Translations under genes and position numbers: made by a program
In this document: positions 54,676 through 64,000 of the stretch, one piece after another
Position numbering within the stretch: position 1 is the stretch's first letter
Layout: every line of letters begins with the position of its first letter
DNA from: Bacillota bacterium
GTDB lineage: Bacteria; Bacillota; Clostridia; Christensenellales; CAG-138
Direction: 5' to 3'
Assembly (NCBI GenBank): GCA_038562375.1
Contig: JBCFAY010000002.1
Span: 21,272-85,271 of the forward strand
Length of the DNA: 64,000 nt
The notes under the pieces: generated by a model
What the model saw: the letters and a program-made list of their open reading frames with translations, nothing else
Databases searched by the model: none
What the model was told of the DNA's origin: nothing

Positions 54676-57456
54676 TCAGGCGGCCTTCAGGTAGGAGGCG
54701 TTCACATATCCGAGCGTTCCGTCCACACTCACAAGATACCACCCGCTTACCGCGTTATAAATGGTGACCGGCGTGCCTGCTGCGAGCGTGCGTATCACCG
54801 TGCCCAAAGTCGAAGGCGCTTCGCGCAGATATACCTCTCCCGTTGTGATTGCAGCCGTCCCAACCCCCAGCCCCGTTGGAGCCGGAGTCGGAGAAGGCGT
54901 GGGCGTCGCGCTTTGTTCGCCGATCGTCGGGATGCCGGAGCTGCCTGCGCTTACCACCTTGACATACGCCTTGTACAGATAGCCCGTGACGCCGTTGCAG
55001 CTGACCAGATACCATTCGGCGGTCTGCCCCAGGATCGTCACATCCACGCCGGAGGACAGCTTGTTTAGTATCGCGCCCGATGTGGTCGAGGGCGCATTGC
55101 GCAGGTTGACCGTGCCCGTGGTTCTTCCGGCCGCGCTCTGCTGGGTCTGCTGTGAGGATTGCACGATCTTGACGTATTTCGCGCTGACATAACCGTGCGT
55201 CGATCCCGCCTGAGCCTCGTACCAGCCGTTTTCGAGCGCGTAAAGCGTCAGCGTGGTTCCGGCGGCAAGCTGCGTAATTTTCTTATATGAAGTGGCCGGC
55301 CCCTCGCGGAAGTTCACGCTGCCCGTGGTTTGCCCCGTACCGAGTATTGTGCTCGGCGTGCTGGGGTTCGTGGGCTGAGTGCCGGTGTATTTCCCGGTGA
55401 TCCTGATATAGTCGGAATGGATATAGCCCTCGGTAAGGCCGTAGCGCGCGCTGTACCACTTGTCCTTCAATCCCCAGACGATCAACTGCGTATCCTTGGA
55501 AAGCTTCGCGATGGACGCGCTCGTCGAGGGATTTGGCTTGTCCCTGAAGTTGACGCCGCTCGCGGTCACGACGCCGATGAACAGCTCCGAGGTATCGGGC
55601 GTCGTCGGTTCGGGTGTCGTCCCGGGCGTCGGCTCGGGCGTCGTTCCCGAAGACAGCACTTTGACATAGCTCTCGCTGATGAAGCCGACCTGCCCGTTTG
55701 CCATCGCCTGATACCATGTTCCGGTCTTATCGTAGAGCGTCAGAGCGGTTCCCTTTGAAAGCCTTGTATAGATCGTATAGCTCGTGGCCGGGCCGGAGCG
55801 GAAGGCCACGCCCGAGCCGGTCACCTCGCCAAGCCCTGTCGCAGCCGTGCCGCCGGAACCGGACGGCGTTGGAGTCGGGCTGGTTTGCGGATTCGTGGCT
55901 GGAAGGTCGGAGGCCTCCGCGGCGCGTACCCATTTTACATAGTCCGCGCTCAGATATCCGGTCGACCCGGAACAGTAAACCGAATACCAGCCGTTTTCAT
56001 ACGAGTATAGGATCACTTGTTCCCCTTTTGAGAGGAGCTTGATCTTGTCGTAGGCGGTCGACGGCCCGGAACGGAAATTCACGCTGCCGGTCGTAACGCC
56101 GACCGCCGGAAACGTCATCGTCGACGAGCCGGGCGTGGGCGCCGGCTTCACGGGGTTCGTGGGCGGGGTGATCGCGACGGTCGAAATCGTCGCTCCCGGG
56201 TAATAAAACGCGAGGATTTGGCTGAACGAATGCCCCGCGCTCGCGCGCTGCTGCGCGCCGCGCTGACTCATGCCGACGCCGTGCCCATAACGCACGTGGT
56301 AGATCGCATACCCGCCGATAACGGGGGCGCCCCAATAGGTTCGAAGCGAAGTACTGGTAAAAAGCCCGCCCGAGAGCAGCTCGCTCAGGTTAAACGTAAC
56401 CGTTGCCTGCGTCTGCATGGCGGGCGTCGCCGTTTCTCCGCCGAGCACGCCGAGGCCCGAAACGTCGGCGGTCGTCACCGTCATCATCACCGTCGCCTTG
56501 GTCATATCGCGCGTAACGTTCAGATAGCGCGGAGTATTGGCTTCAACATACTGAATTGAATCAACGCTCGCGACGGGAACCCCGAGCGCGAGGCTCGCTT
56601 TGCCCGCGAGAAACGTCCCGAGCGCAGGCGGAATGGTTCCGCCGTTGATCGGAAAGAACAGCGTTTCTTTGGGGCTGTATTGATTTGCGAAATCGAACTC
56701 GTCGATCGCTATGCCGTAGCCCGCGTCGCTGCCCCGATCCGACCAAGCCTGGGTAAGGAGCTTTGTTTCACCGCCGTTCGACGCCGCGTAATAGGTGCGG
56801 AGCATACCGCCGTTGACCGTCAAAAACAGGTTGAGCGTAGAGTCCACCGCCTGGATGACGTTTGCCGCGCTCGCGTCATAGCCCTTGTAGACCTGATCGG
56901 CCGAAGTATCGCCGATATCGTATTCGGAGTTCGGGCTCAGCCCGGTAAGAACATAGCATTTCGCGGCGATCGCCTGCGCCCTGAGCGCCTCGAGCGGGAA
57001 CGTGTTGCTCATCTCGTACCCGACGACGCCGTAGAGATACTGCGCGAGCGGCACTTGGTTCACCACCTGGATGTATCCGCTCGCCGTGGCTTTGATCTTA
57101 AAATGTCCAAGATAGTACCGGCTGCCGATGGCCACGGATCCCGCAGTCCTATCGACATTTTCCCGCATGAGCGAAAAAGACGCGCCCGTATAGACCTCTC
57201 CCGCCGAGGAATGCGTGGCAGTGAGCGTCCCGTTTGAGTTCACGCGGATCGAAAGCACGCCGCCCGAAAAGCTCGCCCCGTTTTCGTTGATAAAATAGCT
57301 GCCGCTGATGCCGAGCGCCAGCGACGTCGCGTTGGCTACGCTCAGCTTCACCCGGATCCAGCTGTAATCCATTGCCGCCTGCGATACCGGGATAAGTCCG
57401 ATCGAGATGGATAAAACCATGATTGCGCACAGAAAACGTGCAAGAGCTTTCCGCAT
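54676..57456 (-). CDS. Secreted SpoIID/LytB-domain protein with six C-terminal SH3b domains (paralogue)
   Basis: The ATG at 57456 (RBS GGAGG) gives a signal peptide. It shares the SpoIID blocks of its neighbour (PLAQYLYGVVGYEM, YYAASNGGET, YGHGVGMSQRGAQQRA). Six modules of about 65 aa follow, of the type G-x-VN(F/L)R-x-x-PS...GWY...GY(V/I)...YV, joined by P/T/S linkers. Confidence 0.88.
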   Translation of the reverse strand: MRKALARFLCAIMVLSISIGLIPVSQAAMDYSWIRVKLSVANATSLALGISGSYFINENGASFSGGVLSIRVNSNGTLTATHSSAGEVYTGASFSLMRENVDRTAGSVAIGSRYYLGHFKIKATASGYIQVVNQVPLAQYLYGVVGYEMSNTFPLEALRAQAIAAKCYVLTGLSPNSEYDIGDTSADQVYKGYDASAANVIQAVDSTLNLFLTVNGGMLRTYYAASNGGETKLLTQAWSDRGSDAGYGIAIDEFDFANQYSPKETLFFPINGGTIPPALGTFLAGKASLALGVPVASVDSIQYVEANTPRYLNVTRDMTKATVMMTVTTADVSGLGVLGGETATPAMQTQATVTFNLSELLSGGLFTSTSLRTYWGAPVIGGYAIYHVRYGHGVGMSQRGAQQRASAGHSFSQILAFYYPGATISTVAITPPTNPVKPAPTPGSSTMTFPAVGVTTGSVNFRSGPSTAYDKIKLLSKGEQVILYSYENGWYSVYCSGSTGYLSADYVKWVRAAEASDLPATNPQTSPTPTPSGSGGTAATGLGEVTGSGVAFRSGPATSYTIYTRLSKGTALTLYDKTGTWYQAMANGQVGFISESYVKVLSSGTTPEPTPGTTPEPTTPDTSELFIGVVTASGVNFRDKPNPSTSASIAKLSKDTQLIVWGLKDKWYSARYGLTEGYIHSDYIRITGKYTGTQPTNPSTPSTILGTGQTTGSVNFREGPATSYKKITQLAAGTTLTLYALENGWYEAQAGSTHGYVSAKYVKIVQSSQQTQQSAAGRTTGTVNLRNAPSTTSGAILNKLSSGVDVTILGQTAEWYLVSCNGVTGYLYKAYVKVVSAGSSGIPTIGEQSATPTPSPTPAPTGLGVGTAAITTGEVYLREAPSTLGTVIRTLAAGTPVTIYNAVSGWYLVSVDGTLGYVNASYLKAA
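54679..56115 (-). repeat. Array of six SH3b-type coding modules
   Basis: Protein-level repeats are visible in the translation. Nucleotide identity between modules is low. Confidence 0.7.
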
Positions 57457-57585
57457 TTTCCCCTCCTGCGTCTTCGAGTTGATCAATTGTATTTTATCAG
57501 ATTAATAAACATAAATGCACGCAAATACGCGTAATTTGTAGTTTGTTCACAGATTTCCAGATATTTTGGGATTTTTAGTAAAAAG

Positions 57586-57615
57586 AAGGGCAGAAGATGA
57601 ATCTTCATGCCCCTT
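57586..57615. terminator. Terminator of the purine permease gene (bidirectional-looking)
   Basis: GGGCAGAAGA-tgaa-TCTTC(A)TGCCC. On the minus strand it is followed by TTCTTTTTAC. Confidence 0.65.
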
Positions 57616-57667
57616 TATTGCGGTTTATGCGTCGTCGGTTATTCCCCGACCGAGGAGAATAAAGCGT

Positions 57668-59014
57668 TTATCCGCCGATTTTTATCAGCGCCATCGCGAA
57701 AAAGTACACGATGAACAGCGCGGTAAAGATATACAGCAGCGGGTGCACCTGCCTGGCTTTTCCCTTGAAAAACTTCACGAGCAGGTAGAAGATAAACCCG
57801 GCCGCGATGCCGTTGGAGATGTTGTATGAAAGCGGCATTATAATGATCGTCATGAACGCCGGGAGAGCGTCCTCGAAATCGTCCCAGTTGATTTTACCGA
57901 TGGCCTCCGCCATCAGCACGCCCACGATGATCAGCGCGGGCGCTGTCGCCGCGACGGTGATGAGGTTTGCAACCGGCGCGAGCAGCAGACACAGAGCGAA
58001 CAGCACGGCGATGACCACGGACGTCAGGCCGGTTCTTCCGCCCTCGCTGATGCCGGCCGCGGATTCAACATAGGTCGTCGTATTGCTCGTGCCGAGCAGC
58101 GCGCCGATGGAGGTCGCAGCGGAATCGGCAAAGAGCGCCTTGTCCATTTTAGATTTGAAACCCTTGCCATGGAACAGGGCGGATTCGTCCTTATCGTCGA
58201 ATATGCCCGCCTTGCGGCCCGTGCCGATGAACGTGCCGATCGTATCGAACGTATCGGTCAGTGAAAACGCGAATATCGTCACGATCACGACGATGCTCCG
58301 GGTGGGATCGGAAAACAGCCCGCCGAAATCGAGCTGGAACGCCGTCTTGGAGATATCTCCAAGGGACATGGCGAGCGCAGGATTGTACGCGGTCTGCCCG
58401 AGCGGGATGCCGGCCAACGCCGTGGTGACGATGCCGATGAGTATCGCGCCCTTGACCCTCAATACCATCAGCACCGCCGTTACGATCAGCCCGATGATCG
58501 CCATCAGCGCCGTGGGGCTTGCAAGGTCTCCGAGCGCGGGCACCGAACCGCTGATGTCGATGATGCCCGCGTCGATCAGCCCGATATAGGCGATAAAGAG
58601 CCCGATGCCCGCTCCGATCGCAAGCTGAAGCGTTTTGGGGATGGCCTTGATGATCGCCTTTCTTACTTTTGTTACCGTGATCAGAACGTTGATGAGGCCG
58701 CAGATGAATACCATGGCAAGGCCCTGCTGCCAGGTAAAGCCGAGGCCGAGGCACACGGTATAGGTGAAGAACGCGTTTAGGCCCATGCCCGGCGCAAGGG
58801 CGTAGGGCACGTTCGCGACAAGGCCCATGATCAGCGTGCCGATCACGGCCGCGAGTATGGTCGCGACGAATATGCCGCCTTTTGCAAATCCCTCGACCGA
58901 GCTTAGGATGTTCGGGTTGACGAATATGATGTAGACCATGGTGAAGAAAGTGGTTACGCCGGCTATGATTTCCGTGCGCACATTGGTTCCGTTCTCTTTC
59001 AGCTTGAACATCAT
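57668..59014 (-). CDS. NCS2-family purine (adenine/guanine/hypoxanthine) permease, AzgA/PbuG type
   Basis: The ATG at 59014 (RBS GAGGGAG, 7-nt spacer) gives MMFKLKENGTNVRTEIIAGVTTFFTMVYII..., typical of the family. It has about 13 TM helices. Confidence 0.9.
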   Translation of the reverse strand: MMFKLKENGTNVRTEIIAGVTTFFTMVYIIFVNPNILSSVEGFAKGGIFVATILAAVIGTLIMGLVANVPYALAPGMGLNAFFTYTVCLGLGFTWQQGLAMVFICGLINVLITVTKVRKAIIKAIPKTLQLAIGAGIGLFIAYIGLIDAGIIDISGSVPALGDLASPTALMAIIGLIVTAVLMVLRVKGAILIGIVTTALAGIPLGQTAYNPALAMSLGDISKTAFQLDFGGLFSDPTRSIVVIVTIFAFSLTDTFDTIGTFIGTGRKAGIFDDKDESALFHGKGFKSKMDKALFADSAATSIGALLGTSNTTTYVESAAGISEGGRTGLTSVVIAVLFALCLLLAPVANLITVAATAPALIIVGVLMAEAIGKINWDDFEDALPAFMTIIIMPLSYNISNGIAAGFIFYLLVKFFKGKARQVHPLLYIFTALFIVYFFAMALIKIGG

Positions 59015-59096
59015 CCTGCTTCTCCCTCTTTGTTTGCCCTTAGTATGCGCCGAAACAAACGGATAGTTGCTTGGTCGCACGTCGAAGCAAAACAGG

Positions 59097-59133
59097 AAAA
59101 AAGCGCGGCAAACGCAAAAGCGTCGGCCGGCGC
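59097..59133 (-). terminator. Intrinsic terminator between the M20 peptidase and purine permease genes
   Basis: GCGC(C)GGC / GCCGCGC (7 bp, 1 bulge, 16-nt loop) followed by U6 (59102..59097). Confidence 0.55.
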
Positions 59134-59191
59134 CGCAGGATTGATCCATGAATGGAACAGCTTATACGTTTGGATGCGCGGGTGAACGCGT

Positions 59192-60661
59192 TTAGGGCAG
59201 CGTCCCGTCGGACAGGTGTTCGATAATGCCGATAAAAAACTCCACGCCCTCGGCGAGGCTGTCGATCGCGACGCGCTCGTTGACGCCGTGCATCGTCTCT
59301 ATGTCCCGCTCCAGCGATCGAAACGGCACAAAGCGTATCACGCTCCGGGTCAGGCCGGTAAAATAGCGCGAATCCGTCGCCCCGAGCATGGGATACGGCG
59401 CGACGATAAACCCTTGGAAGCAGCGCCGCACGATTGAGGCGACATAGCGGTACGCGGCCTCATCCGTTTTTGTGACGGCCGAAGGCTCGGCGGCAAGCGG
59501 AATTTCGCCGATCGTCACGCCGCAGGGCGCGATCGCCCGCCGGATATGCCCTATAGCGCCTTGAACGGTATCCCACGGCGCGACGCGCACGTTGACGACG
59601 GCTTGTGCGCAGTCCGGGAGCACGTTGGGCGCGTCCGAGCCTCTCGCCTGCGTGGGCGCGAACGTCGTTCGGATCATCGCATTGGTCGCGGCGTCCTTTT
59701 GATAGGCGCTCTTTACGAAAGCCCCGAACAGCCAGAGGTTTGAATAAACGAAGCGGCGGCCCGCCCGCATGTGCGGGGCGAGCGTGACGAGCAACTCCCG
59801 CGTCGGCCCTTCGATGCGCGCGCGCATGGATGTTTGGGAAAGGCGTACCAGAGCGCGCGAAAGCTCGACGAGCGCGGTGCGCTTCGGCGGCCGCGACGAA
59901 TGTCCCCCGCTGCCCTTGGCCCTTAGCACCACGTCGATATAGCCCTTTTCGCTCACGCCGAGCGCGGCGATCTTACCGCTGATCCCAAACGGCGCTCCAT
60001 CGAGCATCGCGCCGCCCTCGTCCAATATGAATTCAAATTCGACGCCCCGGTCCTGAAACAGCCGCGCCGTGTTGCACGCGTCGCTCTCCCCCGCGGCCTC
60101 CTCGTTCTGCCCGAAGCTGACGTAGATGTCGCGCTCGGGAACGAACCCTTCTTTGAGCAGCGTCTCGCAGGCCTCGGCGATGGCGATGAGCGAACCCTTC
60201 ATGTCGATCGCGCCGCGGCCCCAGACGCAGCCTTCCGCGATTTGCCCCGAGAACGGCGGATATTTCCACTCGTTGAGCGTTCCTTCCGCCACGGGAACCA
60301 CGTCCATATGCGCCATCAAAAGGATGGGCTTCTTCCCGGGGTTTTTGCCCCGCCAACGGTATAACAGCGCATATCCGCCGAGCACCTCAAGCTCCATGCT
60401 TTGATGCATCAGCGGATAAGTACTGCATAAATATTCCCCGAAGCGCGTCCACTGCGAATAGTCCCGCTCCTCGATCTTGTCAAAGCAAACGCTCGGGATG
60501 CGGATTGCCCCGCCGAGATGCTCGGCGATCGCGTCCCGATCGAGCGCACGTTCCCTCAGCGGCGGCTCAGGCGCGCGCTCCGGGCGGCTTGCGAGCGCCC
60601 TTATAAACGCGATCAAAACCGCGCAAACCGCAATGCCCAAGATGCCGAAGAGGAATTCCAT
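59192..60661 (-). CDS. Membrane-anchored M20-family metallopeptidase (carboxypeptidase/dipeptidase-like)
   Basis: The ATG at 60661 (RBS GGAGA) gives an N-terminal TM helix (FLFGILGIAVCAVLIAFI). M20 motifs follow (LLMAHMDVVP, NEEAAGESDA). Confidence 0.85.
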   Translation of the reverse strand: MEFLFGILGIAVCAVLIAFIRALASRPERAPEPPLRERALDRDAIAEHLGGAIRIPSVCFDKIEERDYSQWTRFGEYLCSTYPLMHQSMELEVLGGYALLYRWRGKNPGKKPILLMAHMDVVPVAEGTLNEWKYPPFSGQIAEGCVWGRGAIDMKGSLIAIAEACETLLKEGFVPERDIYVSFGQNEEAAGESDACNTARLFQDRGVEFEFILDEGGAMLDGAPFGISGKIAALGVSEKGYIDVVLRAKGSGGHSSRPPKRTALVELSRALVRLSQTSMRARIEGPTRELLVTLAPHMRAGRRFVYSNLWLFGAFVKSAYQKDAATNAMIRTTFAPTQARGSDAPNVLPDCAQAVVNVRVAPWDTVQGAIGHIRRAIAPCGVTIGEIPLAAEPSAVTKTDEAAYRYVASIVRRCFQGFIVAPYPMLGATDSRYFTGLTRSVIRFVPFRSLERDIETMHGVNERVAIDSLAEGVEFFIGIIEHLSDGTLP

Positions 60662-60674
60662 CGAAAATCTCCGA

Positions 60675-61409
60675 TCAGAGTACTTTGGAGAGGAACAGCT
60701 TCGTGCGCTCCTCCTTGGGCGAATCGAACATCCGCGCCGGAGGCGCGTCCTCGACCACGCGTCCCTCGTCCATGAACAGTACGCGGGAGCAGACCTCACG
60801 CGCGAAGCCCATCTCGTGCGTAACGACGACCATCGTCATCCCGTCGGCCGCAAGCGCCTTCATAACGTCGAGCACCTCGCCGACCATCTCGGGGTCGAGC
60901 GCGCTGGTCGGCTCGTCAAAGAGCATCACGTCCGGCCGCATCGCGAGCGCGCGGACGATCGCGATCCTCTGTTTCTGCCCGCCCGAAAGCTGCCTCGGAT
61001 AGCTGTTTTCGCGGTCGGCGAGCGAAACGCGGGCCAGAAGTTCGCGCGCAAAATCCGTCGCCTGCTCCTTGGTTTCCTTTTTGGCGAGCATCGGCGCAAG
61101 CGTGATGTTCTGCATCACCGTGAGATGCGGAAAGAGGTTGAACTGCTGGAAAACCATGCCCATGCGCTGGCGGTGTAGGTTGATGTCCACGGACTTGTCC
61201 GTGATATCGACGCCTTCGAAAACCACCCGTCCTTCGGTAGGGACTTCCAGCAGATTAAGGCAGCGCAAAAACGTGCTCTTGCCCGAGCCGGACGGGCCGA
61301 TAACGCTGACGATCTCGCCCTTTGAAATGCTTATGGAGATATCATTGAGCGCTGTGAGCGCGCCGAACCGCTTGGTCAGATGATCCGTTACGATAATCGG
61401 TTCATTCAT
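60675..61409 (-). CDS. Polar amino acid ABC transporter ATP-binding protein
   Basis: Walker [10 protein letters not shown], signature LSGGQKQR and Walker [12 protein letters not shown]. The ATG at 61409 overlaps the permease stop by 8 nt. Confidence 0.93.
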   Translation of the reverse strand: MNEPIIVTDHLTKRFGALTALNDISISISKGEIVSVIGPSGSGKSTFLRCLNLLEVPTEGRVVFEGVDITDKSVDINLHRQRMGMVFQQFNLFPHLTVMQNITLAPMLAKKETKEQATDFARELLARVSLADRENSYPRQLSGGQKQRIAIVRALAMRPDVMLFDEPTSALDPEMVGEVLDVMKALAADGMTMVVVTHEMGFAREVCSRVLFMDEGRVVEDAPPARMFDSPKEERTKLFLSKVL

Positions 61410-62094
61410 TGCGTGCAAGCCTCCTTTCAAACTTCCGAAGGCCCCACGTCATCAACAGAACCATGCAAAGATAGAGAAGGGCGGAGGTTAAAAGCGGCAC
61501 CATCGCCGAATAGGTGCGCGATTGGATCAGCACGGCGACCTTCGTCAGATCCTCGACGGCCATGTATCCCGCGACGGCGGTCTCCTTTACGAGCACGATG
61601 AACTCGTTGCCGAGGGCGGGCAGTATGTTCTTGATCGCCTGCGGAAACACAATGCGGCTCATGGTCTGGTTGTCCGTCAGCCCCAAAGACCTTCCCGCCT
61701 CGGTCTGCCCGATATCGACCGCGAGTATGCCCGCGCGGATGATCTCGGAGACATAGGCGCCGGAGTTGATGCCGAACGCCAATCCCGCGATCAGGATGTT
61801 GTATTTTACCGGCGCGGCCGCGAAGACGATGAGAAAACATACCAGCACCTGGAGCACGACGGGAGTGCCGCGGACGATCGTGATATAGACGTCGCACAGG
61901 AACTCAAGCGGCCGAAGAAGCCGGTTCTTTCGAACCTTGACCTTGATGATCGCCACGAGCGACCCCAGGCAGATGCCGATGAGAACCGCAATCAGCGCCA
62001 TGACGATCGTCACGCCCGCGCCTTTTAAATACAGCTTCCACCAGTCGTGTTCGATGATGTTCTTAAAGATTTGATGTCCAAAATTCTCAAACAT
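61402..62094 (-). CDS. Polar amino acid ABC transporter permease (HisM/GlnP family)
   Basis: About 230 aa with an EAA-like loop ([10 protein letters not shown]). The ATG at 62094 is preferred because no RBS precedes the 62172 alternative. Confidence 0.88.
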   Translation of the reverse strand: MFENFGHQIFKNIIEHDWWKLYLKGAGVTIVMALIAVLIGICLGSLVAIIKVKVRKNRLLRPLEFLCDVYITIVRGTPVVLQVLVCFLIVFAAAPVKYNILIAGLAFGINSGAYVSEIIRAGILAVDIGQTEAGRSLGLTDNQTMSRIVFPQAIKNILPALGNEFIVLVKETAVAGYMAVEDLTKVAVLIQSRTYSAMVPLLTSALLYLCMVLLMTWGLRKFERRLARNE

Positions 62095-62175
62095 TTCCTT
62101 GCCCCAATCCAGGATACACAATGCGCAACAAGGACAGCGGATCCCTCCGCTGTCCTTGTGGACGCGGTTCATACA

Positions 62176-62955
62176 TCAGTTCATCGAGTACTGCTTCACC
62201 CACTCGTCGATCTTTCCGCTGGCGATCAATTCGCCGAGCACTTCATCGACCAGTTTCTTAAACGCTTCGTCTCCCTTGGGCACGGCGATCGCATAGGACT
62301 CCTCTGTGAGCATCTGCTCGACCACCTTGAGCCCGGCATTCTCGGCAACGATCGCGCGCGCCGGCAGCTCGTCGATGATCACGGCGTCGAGCTTGCCTGC
62401 GAGCAGCGCCATCGCGGCGTCGATCCCGGTCTTATAGCGCTCGACGGAGGATGGGGCTGCGTTCATGCCGGGCAGTTCGTCCGTCGCATACAGGTCACCC
62501 GTCGTGCCGCTCTGCACGCCGATGATCTTGCCTGCGAGATCCTCGGGCTTGGTAACGGAGGTATCATCCGCCTTCACAATCATGTATTGTGACGAGGTGT
62601 AGTACTCCGGGGAGAAATCGACGCTTTCAAGGCGATCCGGCTTGATCGTCATTCCAGCCGCTCCGATGTCGCCCTTGCCGGCCTGCACCGCGCCGACGAT
62701 CCCGTCGAATTCCATATCGACGATGTTCAACTTAACGCCGAGCTTATCGGCAATCGTCTGCGCGATCATGACGTCCACGCCGGTGATCTTCTGATCATCG
62801 CCGATGAACTCAAAAGGCGGAAAATATGCGTTGGTAAGCATCACAAGCTCACCCGCGGACTTAATTTCATCGATTTTACCGGATTGACCACCACACCCCG
62901 AGATCGCAAGCACAACCATGCACGCGACCATAATAAATGCCACGCTCTTCTTCAT
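62176..62955 (-). CDS. Polar amino acid ABC transporter substrate-binding lipoprotein
   Basis: The ATG at 62955 (RBS GGAGGA) gives MKKSVAFIMVACMVVLAISGCGG with a lipobox, followed by a family-3 SBP fold. Confidence 0.9.
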   Translation of the reverse strand: MKKSVAFIMVACMVVLAISGCGGQSGKIDEIKSAGELVMLTNAYFPPFEFIGDDQKITGVDVMIAQTIADKLGVKLNIVDMEFDGIVGAVQAGKGDIGAAGMTIKPDRLESVDFSPEYYTSSQYMIVKADDTSVTKPEDLAGKIIGVQSGTTGDLYATDELPGMNAAPSSVERYKTGIDAAMALLAGKLDAVIIDELPARAIVAENAGLKVVEQMLTEESYAIAVPKGDEAFKKLVDEVLGELIASGKIDEWVKQYSMN

Positions 62956-63010
62956 CTTTTTTCCTCCGTATCGATTTGCCGTATGGGCGTTGTAGATATA
63001 TGTCCGCTTC

Positions 63011-63039
63011 ATTATACAACGGCCGCCTCTTTCGCGCAA
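63011..63039 (-). promoter_or_regulatory. Sigma-A-type promoter of the amino acid ABC operon
   Basis: -35 TTGCGC (63039..63034), 17-nt spacer, extended -10 TGTATAAT (63018..63011). Confidence 0.55.
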
Positions 63040-63094
63040 TAAGCGATGCCGATAACGGCGGATTTTATGCACATTTCGGGCGGATATGCATAAA

Positions 63095-63123
63095 GATGCC
63101 CGCGGCTCTTCGTCGCGGGCGTC
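63095..63123 (-). terminator. guaB terminator
   Basis: GACGCCCGCG / CGCGGGCATC (10 bp, 1 mismatch) followed by TTTATGC on the minus strand. Confidence 0.6.
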
Positions 63124-63127
63124 ATCT

Positions 63128-64000
<873 letters not shown>

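Noticed and set aside
62956-63094. A T-box or other amino acid-responsive leader upstream of the amino acid ABC transporter operon.
   Set aside because: The 5' UTR is only about 60 nt and has no specifier-loop or T-box sequence and no terminator.

Overview
This is a high-GC (roughly 60%) chromosomal segment. Its gene content (spoIIP, gpr, spoVT, lonB, a SpoVB/YabM-type flippase, SpoIID-domain proteins) points to an endospore-forming Firmicute of the Clostridia; a finer Oscillospiraceae-like placement is inference only. I count about 55 protein-coding genes, more than 85% on the minus strand, and nearly all are core housekeeping. They cover: (1) recombination and repair (radA, ruvCAB, mfd, holA); (2) arginine synthesis (argGH); (3) proteostasis (tig-clpP-clpX, lonB-lonA, two PrsA/SurA-like lipoproteins); (4) nucleotide metabolism (class II RNR nrdJ, cmk, surE, guaB fragment, NCS2 purine permease); (5) the MEP pathway (ispH-S1 fusion, ispDF fusion); (6) cell envelope (murI, plsC, galE, MOP flippase, two large SpoIID-SH3 proteins); (7) translation (rpsT, pth, S4-domain protein); and (8) sporulation genes. 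I saw no rRNA, tRNA, CRISPR array, transposase, integrase, or recognisable defence or toxin-antitoxin module, so I cannot support a claim of a novel multi-gene system here. The signals most worth follow-up are: (i) a three-helix mutually exclusive terminator/antiterminator leader upstream of a xanthine-dehydrogenase-family operon (558..709); (ii) a tandem pair of secreted SpoIID/LytB-domain proteins with 2 and 6 SH3b modules, one carrying a cryptic Gly-rich repeat; (iii) a low-GC single-gene islet (DUF1835/DUF3658-like) between argH and lon; (iv) a 3' remnant of hcp; (v) an unexplained 286-bp GC-rich spacer splitting ruvC from ruvAB; and (vi) several operator-like sites, namely an ARG box, tandem NrdR boxes, and a palindrome over the lon -10. 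Many ORF-track starts are over-extended. I re-placed them using RBS spacing and conserved N-termini.
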